From Takakia lepidozioides (taxonomy: Eukaryota; Plantae; Bryophyta), in assembly GCA_030704615.1 (NCBI GenBank), contig CM060734.1, positions 53,816,001 to 53,880,000 of the forward strand: a DNA stretch of 64,000 nt. Reading direction: 5' to 3'. Position numbers and translations under genes: made by a program. The notes below the pieces were generated by a model. That model searched no databases and had not been told where the DNA came from. It worked only from the letters and a program-made list of their open reading frames with translations. Below are positions 26,641-40,378 of the stretch, piece after piece. Within the stretch, counting starts at the first letter, position 1. Each line of letters begins with the position of its first letter.

Positions 26641-27559
26641 TCACTTCCATTTTTTTCCAAACGGCGTGCAAAACAATATAGGGTAACATATATTCTTTGA
26701 AGATAAAATTATAATATTTTTAGAAATAAAATTGCGTATCCTTATTTGTATATCAAATTTAAATAAAAATAAGGTTATGAATATATGCTTCAATTATATA
26801 TTTTTTAGAATTAATATAAGGTGTCACAATGGCGAGGGACATGTGTTGTTCATTTTATGATATATTTGTATTGAGACTTCATAAATGACTAATTCGACCT
26901 AGATGACGGGACTTGGACTCAGCTTGGAACGTAAAGTGCAATGTGATGTTGTTATACAACTACACGTGTTGAAAAAGATGATATCACCGGTCATGTCAGA
27001 ATTGTGACCATACTTTGCCGGTGAAATAAAATATTCATGCATTGTTGTGCTTAGACCGGGGGGGGGGGGGGGGGGGGGAGAAGATGGCAGAGAGTCTGTG
27101 AGCTTCACGAGCTGGCCATGGCCAAGTCTCCGTAACTCCCAAAATGAGCGAAGGCCATGCAGATTTATTGTGAATGACCGCTAGAATATTTATGTCCTCG
27201 GCTGTATTGATGAGAGAGACTCCCGCCATGGGTGCTGGCACAGTTTTGAGGCAGATTGGTCAAATCGATGGTGACAGGGGAAGTGATGGCAATACCAGGG
27301 AAGTGGAGAGACGGCAGTGGGGATTTAACCCAAGAATTTAGAGATGTTGGGGGCTTTTTGGTCAGAATGTGGTAGAAGTAGGGAGGAAGAAAGGTGAGAG
27401 TGGAGTTAGAAAAAGGAGATTGAAGGTGCTCAAGGTGCCCAAGGTGCTCGGGTGATGGTGGTGATAGAACCTCTTCCTTCGGGAAGAAGATTTTGGAGAC
27501 TTGGCTAATCTACTTGCAATCTCTACCTTAAATCTTTGCAAATTGAGCTCTCATTCTCA

Positions 27560-28120
27560 AACTTGTTTGTGAAGAAGAGGTGAAATAAAACTTGAGCTCT
27601 ATCATTGTCAAACTTCTTCAGGTTTCTGTTATTGAAGAAGAGGTGAAAAAAAAACCAGATGGTCATCATGAATGCTTATTTAGGGTTTGTTTGTGAAGAA
27701 GAGGTGAAAAAAATTGAGCTCTATCATTGTCAATCTTGCTCAGGTTTCTCTTGTTGAAAAAGAGGTGAAAAAAAAATCAGATGGTCATCATGAATAAATT
27801 AGGGTTTGTTTGTGAAGAAGAGGTGAAAAAAAAACTTGAGCTCTATCATTGTCAAACTTCTTCAGGTTTCTGTTATTGAAGAAGAGGTGAAAAAAAACCA
27901 GATGGTCATCATGAATGTTTATTTAGGGTTTGCTTGTGAAGAAGAGACGAAAAAATTGAGCTCTATCATTGTCAATCTTGTTCAAGTTTCTGTTGATGAA
28001 AAAGAGGTGAAAAAAAAATCAGATGTCATCATGAATAAATTAGGGTTTGTTTGTGAATAAGAGGTGAAAAAAAAAACTTGAGCTCTATCATTGTCAAACT
28101 TCTTCAGGTTTCTGTTATTG
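27560..28120. repeat. Tandem repeat, ~243-bp period built from ~60-bp subunits
   Basis: GAAGAAGAGGTGAAAAAAA recurs every ~60 bp; the full unit restarts near 27566, 27809 and 28051. Confidence 0.85.
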
Positions 28121-28124
28121 AATA

Positions 28125-28630
28125 AACTTACATCTTGGAGAATATGCCTCTCATGGGGGATTCTCGGGCCAGGGTTATGGCCAGTGTGCATCAAATCTGG
28201 TCATGGATTGGACCAGCTGTACTATTGGATGCAGATGCAGTGGGTTCACGGGCACATAAGCCTAGGTTGTGGTGGACCAATCTTGCACCACCAGAGTTGC
28301 TTAAGAGAGCCTATGATTCCATTCAACGGCCACCCAACCTCACGGTTGAGGCATTTTGGACCAAAGAAAGCAACCAGAGAGGGTGCGACATGATGACCGT
28401 GGACCACCTTTGGCGGTGATCAATCGAATGGGGCAACCACGTGCGGCCTCAAGCCTACACTGATGAGTTTTCCCTCGTCTCATTCTTTTCGAGACAATGG
28501 TCCAGGGTTGATTTGGGACAGTGCGCTACAACAATTGGTGGAACCTAGTGCGGATGAGAGAGAGTGGGCAATGGGGTTTGCCACGGGCACTACAGCTATG
28601 TCAGCTCTGTCAGAGACATCACGGGCAATT
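28125..28630 (+). pseudogene. DNMT3/DRM-like cytosine-5 DNA methyltransferase fragment (retrotransposon-associated)
   Basis: Motif VI YILENM; motif VIII LDADAVGSRAHKPRLWWTNL; TRD PTLMS; motif IX EPSADEREWAMGFATGTT. Confidence 0.75.
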
Positions 28631-28699
28631 GGGAACCAGATGTTGGACCTACAGTCACCGGAGGAGAGAGACGGAGGATCCAGCGATTTCTAAGGGCTT

Positions 28700-29460
28700 A
28701 TAAAAATTACTTTGCCTTCGCAAGCGTCGCAGATTTGCGTGTTTAGCACATTGGACCTGCGATCCGGTTATCACCAGTTGCCAATCAAAGAGGCTGATAA
28801 GCAAAAGACGACATTCTGGGGGATTGACTAGCATGGTAAGGATTGTTTGTACCAATGGCGTTTCCTACCATTTGGGTTGAAGAATGCTCCTGCAGAGTTT
28901 TAGAGAGTTATGGACAGGATTCTTGCAAGGCTAGACTTCGCCCGGTGCTACATTGATGTTATCATCATCTTTGGTGCCACGGTTGAGAAGCATGAGAGAC
29001 ACCTTCAGGTGGTGTTTGAGCATTTGAGGGCGCATGTGCCATGGATTGAAGTTGTACCCTGGGAAGTGCAAGTTCTTCCACAACCAGATTGAGTATCTGG
29101 GCCATATGATATATCATGGGGGATTAGGTGTTCAAGAGCGAAGGTGGAGGCCATTGTATGCATTCCACGCCCCACAGATGTAAACAGAGTTTGTGCTTTC
29201 ATGGGGTTGACAAATTACTATCGATGGTTAGTCAAGGGATTTAATAGCATTGCAAAGGCTCTTACCAAGTTGACCAAGGTGGGTCAGGAGTGGCAGTGGG
29301 AGGAGGAGCAGGAGAAAACCTTTGAGGAACTCAAGGCTCGATTGACTTCTGCACCTATTCTGAGGCGGCCTATTCGAGGGCGGCCTTTCTAGCTACATAC
29401 GGATTGGATATGCTGGGGATTGGAGCAGTGCTCACACAGATGGATGATGAGGGAAGGGGG
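28700..29460 (+). mobile_element. Ty3/Gypsy RT and start of RNase H, degenerate
   Basis: TLDLRSGYHQLP, FLPFGLKNAPAEF, ARCYIDV, FMGLTNYYR, FEELKARLTSAPILRRP; homologous to 51282-51432. Confidence 0.88.
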
Positions 29461-32400
29461 ATGCTTCCGCGTGAGCGCGTATGGCCTTCCAGCTGCATCT
29501 CTGCAACCTGCTCCCACTCTGGGTGTGCAGCGAATAGGGTAGCTTCCTGCTCCTCATCCAGTCCTCCCCTCCAGTCATACTCCCTGACCCTCGAGGTCTT
29601 CTCGTAGCAGGTAATCTACTAGATTCTTAGTGGTAATTTGTATCTTGTGCATCCCATCATGCACAGTTAGTAACTAGGAATTCCAGTCATGGAATACCCT
29701 GGCCTGTTTTAGCCACGGACGTCCCAACAATAAGGAGTAAGCTTTCATGACTTCATCCATTTTTAACACAGTTACTGTGATCATAAAGATCATCTTTTGA
29801 ATCTGTATCTTAACTCCTCTTATCATCCCAGTGGCTATACACTTTTGATCTGCCATTGTTACTGTAAATGGGGCGGCTTTATGTTCTTAGACAAGCTTCT
29901 GCCTTAATTGGTCTATCATGATATTCACTCCAGAGCCTCCATCTATCAGTTACATCAGTTAGTTCTGTGCTTCCAATTCTAATTGATTACTGGCATAGAA
30001 TCATCAAAGTCCATGACTGTTTCTCGCCCTTCCGGCTTCACATTATAACTGGTCACCTTGTTGTTCAGGTCTGTGTTCCTGTCACATGGGCAATTCGATT
30101 GATTGCTTGATACAGCCTGTGTCTACAATAAGGTGCCACAGCCAATAGCTGTCCAATGCTAATCTCTGCTTTGGACTGGCATATTACTTCAGCCAAAGTC
30201 CTGCTTCATTACTCTGCATGTCTGCAGCTTCTTTCTTCCCTCCATCCTCACTCACTTCCTCTTCTCTTTCAGAATCAGAAGAATCTGCCATAGGAATATC
30301 AGTACTCTCTGCATTTCCCTTATGGTATCATTTCCCTTATGGTATCTGCCACTTCCTTGTGCAGTTCCTTCTCATCTCTCCAAGCCTCATCATCTTCAGG
30401 CACATCACTGCCATCTTCATTATCATCATCTTCCTCATCTACTGGAGGTATTAGTTTGGCTTTGCTTGTTGTTACTACATTGTACTTACTTCTGGTACAA
30501 CACATGGCCTAACCATGTGAGCTGCCACCACTGGCCCCTCATTCACAGGAGCTCTCATCTCATTCTGGTGTCTGATCCAGAATGGACAGGCTGCCTTGCG
30601 ATGGCCTGCCCGATTACAATAGTAACACAGTTCTTCCCATTAGGTCCTCGCCCTAGGTCTGCTCTAGGATTAATTTACTTCTGGTACAACACATGGCCTA
30701 ACCATGTGAGCTGCCAACACGGGCCCCTCATTCACAGGAGCTCTCATCTCATTCTGGTGTCTGATCCAGAAGAAGAATGGACAGGGGCTGCCTTGCGATG
30801 GCCTGCCCGATTACAATAGTAAAACACAGTTCTTCCCCATTAGGTCCTCGCCCTAGGTCTGCTCTAGGATTATTTCTGTAATCTTGATTCCTTGGCTGGG
30901 TAATCCCCCTTGGATTACCCTGATAGTTGCCTCTGGAATTTCCTTGGTAATTCCCTCTTGAATTAACCTCTCCCTTCCCCATGCCAATTGTTATAACCAC
31001 CAGGCCTACCATAGTGGGTCCTGATCACTGTTTCTTCTTGGCTGGGGCTGCACTTGATTGCCACCCGTACTTGCCTAGAGTCTCTAGCTGCTGTCCTTCT
31101 GTTGTAGTAACAATTCTCAGATAGAATGGTTATTCCATTTTACAGATAGACAGTGTTTTCTCCCTTCATGTGGCATTCAGTTAGGTGGTCTTATGGCCTT
31201 CATTCTGGCACTTTGCACACCAAACCCCCTTCCTCCAATGTGTTGCAGCCTCTGTGGCATACTTCTTCAAGATTTTCTTCTAATCTTTTCTCATAGTTAT
31301 TCCTTCTTCCAACTTATCCTTCCTCTTACTCTTCATTTTTCAGCTTTGCTCTTCTTCTTCATCTGACTCATCCTCAGAGTCCTCATCATCCCTTTTCTCC
31401 CTCCTGAGGCATTCCCAATGCTCAATTCTGTTCGTTGTTTCAAATTGCATCCTCCACTGTTTTATGGGGTAACATATCCACTTTCTTCTGCAACTCTGGT
31501 CTTAGTCCACTCACAAAACCAAGTCTTCTGTTAAACCTGGTGCTGGTACAGCAGCCAGCTTTTTCATCATTTCAATTCCATTTTTCGCTTCTTTTGCTTG
31601 GAACTGTTGTAAACTTCCATACACTTCATCCTCAGTTTTAACTTGTCCTGAACCTATTTCGGAATGTTGTATTCAAGCCATTCCAGGTTAGGAAATGATT
31701 ATCAGGGAATCTTGCCATACCTTCACTTGTTTTCTTTTCTGGATAAGTGAACAAGGAAAACAATCTCATCTTGGCATCATTGCCATTCTCATGTTCACAA
31801 TACACATGTGCTCAAATTGCCTAATGTGTACATCAGGATACCCTTTTTTCCTGAATTGTGTACATCAGGATACCCTTTTTTCCTGAATGGATCTTCCACC
31901 AAGTGGTGACCCCTGAGCACTCCCTGCTACTGGCCTCACGATATTCACAGTATTCCCAGCTCCAGTTGCACTACTTCCCACACTCCCTGTCCCCCCAGAG
32001 CCAGATCCAGGCTGCCCGCCTGATCCCCCTAAGCCGACACCTTCGTTGGCCTGTGATCCAAGTGCTCCACTTGATCCAGGTCCAACGGGTTGGGTTGTCC
32101 GGTTGTAGTCTCAACCTCAGCTGTTGGGTCTACTTCTTCATAGCTTCTCTTTCCTCCACAATTTCTTCTCTCTGTTATTCATCTCCAAGTTCTGGCCTGG
32201 GTTTTCTTCTTCACTCATGTAACTCAACTGCAATGGTGTTGGAGAGTCCTGAACTCTCCGTTGGCTCTGCCACCATCCTTCCCCTCTCCTCCTCCTCACC
32301 TTCCGTTTCAGAAACTAGAGTTCCTACTTTTGGTGTTCCATGCCAACTTTTATCAAAGATTTCTGTCAAATCTTTTAATCCAGGGATGTACCCTCAGATC

Positions 32401-32666
32401 TTTCACCTCGTGGTTGATCTCTCCCGTACCAATTCCCTTAATCTTTCTTGCAAAGAAAAAGAAGGAGTGGCATCCAACTCTAGTTCCTTCCGGTATGGGT
32501 GATGTACTCTTGATCTTAATGGTGTGAGAGGTCCAGATGATTCCCTATGTCTATTCCTCTCTCCAGAAGATATGGATAATTAGCTTCAGATAACTTTCTC
32601 TTTTTGCTGAATATCTCTAGAGTCTAGCTTCTCTTTCATCACTCATGTCCCATGTCTTTCATTTCT

Positions 32667-33363
32667 TTAATGTGGCAATAACCAAAACTCTCTTCTGTAG
32701 TATCTCTCTCTATATGCCTGGGTTTCTTTCAAGCTTCAATGCACCCTTGGCTATACTAGAAGTCTCCGTTACCATATAACCATATGGCAAACAAGTTTGG
32801 AAAGCTGTTCTTGGTGTGAGTTTGATCCACAGAATATCCTTTGGAATCCAATTCTTTACCAGTACAAGCTCTTCATGCATATGAGTATAAACATTCACCT
32901 TCCTTTCCTCCCAGTCTTCAAACTCTACTCGCTTAATGGATAACAATGCTATCACATAAACCAGTGTTGGTAACCACCGTGTTCTTCCTCTACAGGCCAC
33001 CTGATAAATCTTTATCACCCCTTTGTCCAGACCCCACTCAGGGTCAGCATCATGCACTCTCTTAAGAATGTTTTCTTTACAACCGTCTGGCAATTCCAAG
33101 AACCTCTGAAAGAATTGTTTGGACAATCTTTCCTTCTCAGTTTCACAGGGAATTTGATTCACATCAAATTCTTTAATTCTCCATCCACCATGATCCCACT
33201 AGATGCCTGTCACATCTGGTTGTTCATGACCCAGTTCCCTAGTATGGTCGCCAAATGTCGAGCGGCTTTTACTCACCCATCCCTTCGCTATCCGAGGTGG
33301 AAACTCCAAGATAGAAGAGTTGGATATCTCTAAGCACTCAGCCCGCTCAGAACAATCAGTCAT
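32667..33363 (-). pseudogene. Disrupted copy of the retroelement extra ORF
   Basis: Near-identical to 62824-63519 but with a premature stop. Confidence 0.7.
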
Positions 33364-33887
33364 GACCTGCAGCTAGTGAATCATGGTTGTGCTTCCTATT
33401 TGTATTCCTTCTTGCCTTCATGTTATCAATTTACCTTACCATGTATACTGAAGCATTAGATTGCTTCAGTATCTACTAAGTTCCAGTTAATCATATATTC
33501 ATTCCACAGCTTCACTCATGTCTCTCTACACAGTGTGATTGTATCGAATAAGTATCAGATTATGATTTATCAAGTATCAGGCCAATGCCATGGTGACTCT
33601 AATTTGCCTTACGGTTTCACTACAGCTTTGCATGTAACAAACATCTACTGTTCATCTCTCCTCCTTCTCCGTGCTCTCGTTCTTGCTCTCTGCCTGATCT
33701 CCTCTCATACATGACCCAGAAGCGCTCCCCGTGAAGTCCCCTTCTTTCCGTTGCCGCTCCCCTTATCTGCCCGCAAGCTGTTCTAACCACCTAACTAATT
33801 AACCGTCATCCCTATAGTAACACGTTCCTTCTGCAGATGTCGTTCCCTCATAGTCGTTCCCTATCAATGATAACTGTTCCCCATATA

Positions 33888-34087
33888 CTGTGATAGGCTG
33901 TGTCAAGCTGTGCCGAGCTGTGACTGGCTGTGTAAGGCTGTGTCGGGCTGTGACTGGCTGTGTCAGCTGTGTCGGGCTGTGCGAAGCTGTGGCGGCTGTG
34001 ACGGGCTGTGTCTGGCTGTGTCGGGCTGTGTCGGCTGTGACTGGCTGTGACAGACTGTGCAAAGCTGTGGCGGGCTGTGACTGGCTG
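33888..34087. repeat. GGCTGTGAC-type 9-10-bp minisatellite within the LTR
   Basis: Direct tandem repetition. Confidence 0.9.
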
Positions 34088-34210
34088 TGTAACCCCCCTA
34101 AAGCCTGCTGCTGCCACCTCTAAGGCTCCTGTTGGTCTCAGTCTGCGCAAAAATTAAGGGTACCCCACAGAACCCGAAAAAGCGTCTAAGTCCCAAGCAG
34201 CCCTCTAACA

Positions 34211-35409
34211 CTCCATGGACCTCTTTGCCCTTTACCAGAGCTGCCAGGCTTGCACAAGCATTGCAAATGCACACAAACGTGATGTGGTTGGGCTTCACCC
34301 CTTCCCCCATCATTTGCTCATGGGTCGCCAAAGCCTCCATCCTGCGCCCTTGTTGTGCATATCTCGTAATCATCGCACTCCACGACACCACATTGCGTTC
34401 AGCCATATTGTCGAACACTCCCTTTGCATCCTCGATGCACCCACATTTGGCATACATGTCCACGAGGGTATTGTTCAGCATCACATCTGGTACAATTCCA
34501 GCTTTGACGATGCAACCATGCACCTCTTTGCCCTTTTCCTGGGGCGCTACCAGGCTTGCACATACACCGCAAATGCACACAAACGTGATATGGTCGGGCT
34601 TCACCCCTTCCCCCATCATTTGCTCATAGGTCTCCAAAGCCTCCATCCTGCGCCCCTGCTGTGCATACCCTGCAATCATCGCACTCCACGACACCACATT
34701 TCGTTCAGCCATATTGTTGAACACTCTCTTCGCATCCTCCATGCTCCCACATTTGGCATACATGTCCACCAGGGCAGTGTTCAGGATGACATTTGGTACA
34801 ATTGCAGCTTTGACGATGTCACCATGCACCTCTTTGCCCTTTTCCAGGGCTGCCATGCTTGCACAAGCATTGCAAATGCACACAAACATGATGTGGTTGG
34901 GCTTCACCCCTTCCCCCATCATTTGCTCATAGGTCGCCAAAGCCTCCATCCCGCGCCCTTGCTGTGCATATCCCGTAATCATCGCACTCCACGACACCAC
35001 ATTGCGTTCAGCCATATTGTCGAACACTCCCTTTGCATCCTCGATGCACCCACATTTGGCATACATGTCCACGAGGGTATTGTTCAGCATCACATCTGGT
35101 ACAATTCCAACTTTGACGATGCAACCATGCACCTCTTTGCCCTTTTCCTGGGGCGCTGCAAGGCTTGCACATACACTGCAAATGCACACAAACGTGATAT
35201 GGTCGGGCTTCACCCCTTACCCCATCATTTGCTCATAGGTCTCCAAAGCCTCCATCCCGCGCCCCTACTGTGCATACCCTGCAATCATCGCACTCCACGA
35301 CACCACATTTCGTTCAGCCATATTGTTGAACACTCTCTTCGCGTCCTCCATGCTCCCACATTTGCCATACATGTCCACCAGGGCAGTGTTCAGGATGACA
35401 TTTGGTACA
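34211..35409 (-). pseudogene. PPR PLS array fragment (~4 triplets), 3' half of a split paralog
   Basis: PLS repeats with the diagnostic APQEKGKE insertion shared with 38421-39437; internal stop; truncated by the LTR. Confidence 0.9.
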
Positions 35410-35468
35410 CAACCAGACACAGCCGACACAGCCGACACAGCCCGCCACAGCTTTACATAGCCCGACAA

Positions 35469-35610
35469 CGGGCTGTGTCGGGCTGTGTAACCCCCCCCTA
35501 AAGCCTGTTGTTGTCAACCCTAAGGCTCCTATTGGTCTCAGTCTGTGTAAAAATTAAGGGTACCCCACAGAACCTGTAAAATCGTTAAAGTCCCAAGCAG
35601 CCCTCTAACA
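35469..35610 (-). mobile_element. Displaced LTR 5' end with satellite
   Basis: 35486-35610 repeats 34088-34210 (TGTAACCCCC...CCCTCTAACA). Confidence 0.8.
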
Positions 35611-38600
35611 ACCTCTACCTTGGAGCACGGAGCAGAGCTGGCATGAGTTTTTTAAAGATCCTTCAGGACGGTGGGACAACCGCAATCGCAAGGTGTGCCT
35701 TTTCTTAATGTACGATGTGAAGAAGTTTGTCCATCCTGCAATGTGGGCTCTTGGGCTCCTGTTAGTACCATGATTTGGTATTCTTGCTAATGTTTACAAG
35801 GTGCTTGGGAGAGTCAGCTTGGTCTGAGCAGGCCGTGTTTCAATCTCTGCCTGCTCAGCTGCAGCGTGGTGGTTCTCACAGACCAATCCGACATAACCTG
35901 ACTACGGACACAAGCAGCACATACAAGAGGTCCTTTTGGGTTGATGGTTGGTCAAATCCTCCATGGATCGTGACACAAGGTCAAGGACAATGTGGTGAGG
36001 GCACCTTCTTCTTCGACCTATTTCAGCCTGTTTTGCCCTCTCACCAGACTCGGCCCTGGATTTGCATATTGAATTCTGTAAGAAAGCTCGTCGGGTGGAT
36101 CTGTGGTGGTTTGGAGTGACTTTGACAAGTTACTGCCGATGTGGCAGCAGGAAAGTATCCAAAAACAGATAACAGAGATGAAAAGAAGCTTTGGAATGAA
36201 CACTTTTCCGACCCTAGTCAATGGTGGGACAATGGAGACAAAAAGGTGAATGCATGTTGGAAGCATATGCAAGTCAGCATAGGAACTAGTGTGATAAGTA
36301 TGGTTGGGGTGTTTGCTAGAGGAATTCCAAGCTGTCATTGGGGCTAGCAGCAAGGCAAGGATGTATGCATGATTTGTGCAGAGGCATGGATAGCTGAAGG
36401 AGCATGGATGCATGGGTAGATGGTCAACTGGAAGCCGCATCAGGCACTACTAATGAAGGCACCTTCTTCAGCACATTTCACTCTGTTTTTCCCTCTTATC
36501 AGAACCGGCCCTAAATTTACATGTTGAATTCTGCAAGTTGCTGGTGGAGTGAATCTAGTTTGGAGTGACTTTGACATGAGACTGCCAATGTGATAACAGA
36601 AAAGTATCGAAAAATAGGTAACAGATTGTACTCATAAGACGTTGTTTGCCGTAGCGTAACCCTAAACTTGTGGCCATTGACCCCGCGCCCAGTTTGAGCA
36701 GAAACAAAAGGTACAGAACCTACCTCTGTCAGGGGCTGACGTTGGTAGTAAGACTTACCTTCATATATAGAATTAATCCGGGTTTTCCAGATATCCTCTA
36801 GAAATCCCTTCTCACAAGCATCAATCTGTTGTGTGTGATTTGCCCAATAACTAGGCCTCAGGAGGGCCTAGGCTTTTGGCTCAGCCTCGAGACTTTCAAA
36901 GTTGGTAAACAGAGGTACAAGCACAATTCCCTTGATATATTTGAAGAGAGCGTCTCTATGGTGAGAGAACCCCGGACAGTGTATCAAAAAATGAGTACTG
37001 TCTTCAGATTGCCCACACAACGGTCAATTGCACTCTCCCTTCCCTCTCTACTTCTGTTTGTTGTTCAAAGGTAGGCTTCTTGCCCTGAGTTTAAATTTCA
37101 GACTAGTGCCGAGAGTGGGTAGACCCTTGAGGTCATCCAAGATGTCCTCCCCCATGTCACTGACTGGAAACAAGTTCAAGGAAGTTTTCTGCCTATCTTC
37201 ATTTTCATCAGACAATCTCATGGCAACAGACATGGCTTTGGACACTACAACCTCTTAGTCAGATTTATCCAGCAGGGTCAAGACTTGCGGTTCCAGGTCC
37301 AGGTAACAGAGATGAGGAGAAGCTGTGGAATGAATACTTTTCTGACCCTAGTCAATGGTGGGACAACCGAGGCCAAAAGGTGACTGCCTGTTAGATTACA
37401 GAGAGTAGAAGACGCAATTCAGCGTAGGAACTAGTATGATAAGCTGAGTTGGGTGTTTCCTAGAACAAATCTAGGCGGGCATTATCAGCTGCTAGCAGCA
37501 AGGCAAGGATGAATGCATGATTCGTGTAGAGGCATGGATAGCTGAAGGAGCAGGGTAGAGTGTGGGTCCAGATTCATCCAACAGGGCCTGAATTCAAGCA
37601 CAAGACTACCTATGATTCCGTGTGGATCAATAGCAACAAGAAACCTGCAAGGATAGATGATCAACTCGAAGCCGCATCAGCAGCGGCACAATTGATAAAA
37701 TCAGGCACTACTAATGAAGGCACCTTCTTCAACACATTTCACCCTGTTTCTCCCTCTTATCCGGCCCTAAATGTACTTGTTGAATTCTGCAAGTTAGCTG
37801 GTTGAGTGATCTAGTTTGGAGTGACTTTGACATGATACTGCCAATGTGACAACAGGAAAGTATCGAAAAACAAGTAACAGAGATGAGGAGAAGCTGTGGA
37901 ATGAACACTTTAACCTGCATGGGTAGATGGTCAACTAAAGGCAGCAGCTGCAGCGGCACAGTTGATAAAATCAGGCACCTCAACCATCAGCACAGCTTCT
38001 GGAAGAGGATCAAGAGAGGGAGTCCACAATGCCTCTTCTGGCACTTCTGGGCATGTGAAGATGCTTTGTGAGGCAGGCAGACTGAAGGAGGCTCTACAAA
38101 CTTTAAACCAAGGAGGCATTTCAGTAGATTCAGATACGTATGTCTGTCTCTTGCATAAGTGCATCAAGATGAAAGGCCTGGAAGCTGGAAAGCAGGTGCA
38201 CACTCACATTATCCAAAGTGGATTCACGCCAAATGTTTTTCTGCTGAACACTCTTGTCAACATGTATATGAAGTGCAGGAGCATCATGTATGCTCACCAA
38301 GTGTTCAACAGAATGCCTCAACGATCTTTGATCACGTGGAATATAATGTTGGCAGGATTTACCAAGCATGGGTGTGGTAGGAATGCTTTGGAGACCTATG
38401 AGCAAATGATGGGGTAAGGGGTGAAGCCCGACCATATCACGTTTGTTTGTGTTTGGAATGCGTATGCAAGCCTGGGAGCCCTAGAAAAGGGGAAAGAGGT
38501 CCTTGGTGACATCGTCAAAGTTGGAATTGTACCAGATGTCATTCCGAACAATAGCCTCGTGGACATGTATGCCAAATGTGGGTGCATCAAGGATGCAAAG

Positions 38601-39437
38601 GGAGTGTTCGATAGTATGGCTGAACGAGATGTGGTGTCGAGGAGTGCGATGATTGCAGGATATGCACAACAGGGGTGCGGGATGGAGGCTTTGGAGACCT
38701 ATGAGCAAATGAGGTGGGAAGGGGTGAAGCCCAACTACATCATGTTTGTGTGCATTTGCAATGCTTGTGCAAGCCTGGTAGCCCTGGAAAAGGGCAAAGA
38801 GGTGCATGGTGACATCGTCAAAGTTGCAATTGTACCAAATGTCATCCTGAACACTGCCCTGGTGGACATGTATGCCAAATGTGGGAGCATGGTGGACGCG
38901 AAGAGAGTGTTCAACAATATGGCTGAACAAAATGTGGTGTCGTGGAGTGCGATGATTGCAGGGTATGCACAGCAGGGGCGCGGGATGGAGGCTTTGGAGA
39001 CCTATGAGCAAATGATGGGGGAAGGGGTGAAGCCCGACCATATCACGTTTGTGTGCATTTGCAGTGTATGTGCAAGCCTGGCAGCGCCCCAGGAAAAGGG
39101 CAAAGAGGTGCATGGTTGCATCGTCAAAGCTGGAATTGTACCAGATGTGATGCTGAACAATACCCTCGTGGACATGTATGCCAAATGTGGGTACATTGAG
39201 GATGCAAAGGGAGTGTTCGACAATATGGCTGAACGCAATGTGGTGTCGTGGAGTGCAATGATTACGGGATATGCACAGCAAGGGCGCGGGATGGAGGCTT
39301 TGGCGACCTATGAGCAAATGAGGTGGGAAGGGGTGAAGCCCAACCACATCACGTTTGTGTGCATTTGCAATGCTTGTGCAAGCATGGCAGCCCTGGAAAA
39401 GGGCAAAGAGGTGCATGGTGACATCGTCAAAGCTGCA
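35611..39437 (+). pseudogene. PDF-PPR paralog, 5' half (about four PDF units then the PLS array)
   Basis: Colinear with 24100-21000 of the intact locus; stop TAA at 38415-38417; deletions; no E/DYW domain. Confidence 0.88.
36626..37300. mobile_element. 675-bp insertion with a 10-bp TSD, class uncertain
   Basis: AGGTAACAGA duplicated at 36616-36625 and 37301-37310, splitting a PDF exon; part resembles 9050-9130. Confidence 0.7.
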
Positions 39438-40378
39438 CAGCCAACACAACCCGACACAACCAGTCACAGCCGCCACAGCCAACAAAGCCCGATACAGCCC
39501 GACACAGCCGACACAGCCAGTCACAGCGAGGTTTACTATTTCATGAGCAGAAACCATGAGCCATGAGCCATGAGCCGCATGAGCCGCATGAGCGGTGAGC
39601 CGAAGTCTAAGATACGCGGATTTCATGAGCGGACTCCTCCAAATTTGGAAATGCGGCAGATTAAACAAGTATTAAAATAATAGTTTTTTTTTTTTACCTT
39701 GCCGTTTTTGGACGTTCCAGATCATGTAATGCGGCGAAGATATGTCGTCAGTAACAAGTCCGCTCATGGTTTTTTAGATCCGCTCATGGAAATAAGTGAC
39801 CGTGCAACGGGAAATCCAGTATACCACTGCAAAAGGATGTCGCATACTGGCCTGTATAGAGTATTCCGCGGTTTTACATGCCTTAACATTGGAATGAAGC
39901 TGACCCTTTTGCCGCGATTGAACCAATGGAGTCTGCACCAATACAGTCTGCAGTACTTCACAATTCTGTCTTCTTCGGGTATTCGGCGGGAAAGGTTTGC
40001 AACTGAACTGGGAAATAAGGTGCCGCATTAGGGTTCGCACGTGCGAAATTTCGGAGCGGTTTGGTGTTGGCGAAGGCCGCCTCTACCAGTACCTACGACG
40101 ATACTTGGAAATGCGGCGCCGCATTTCCTTGTCGGAGGTCGAATGAGGAAAGCAAGTTTTCGGAAAGCAGAAAAACATGAACCCTCCAACATACAAAAAT
40201 ACATGCACGTGGAAACAAGTGAACGATATAGTAATATCTTAGTTCGAGCAAAACAGGTTACTGGTAGGCAAGACATATGTCGGACCTTTCTGTGGCCAGA
40301 GTCTGAGGTACTGGCAGCAGTACAGTTCTACTATCCGAAAATGATGGCGTACCATTGTATTGGGACCGCAAGCCAAGC

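Larger units (their letters stand above)
29560..34210 (-). mobile_element. Ty3/Gypsy element, 5' part (LTR with satellite, extra ORF, gag, protease), degenerate
   Basis: Starts TGTTAGAGGG at 34210; CCHC knuckles WCAKCQNEGH and CYYCNRAGHRKAACP (the latter tandemly duplicated, 30490-30870); protease IDGGSGVNI at ~29930 and LLLGRPWL. Confidence 0.8.

Noticed and set aside
34088-35610. TRIM-like element that captured PPR repeats between 123-bp direct repeats
   Set aside because: No TSD, PBS or PPT; the repeats are 5' ends of longer LTRs, better explained by the inversion.
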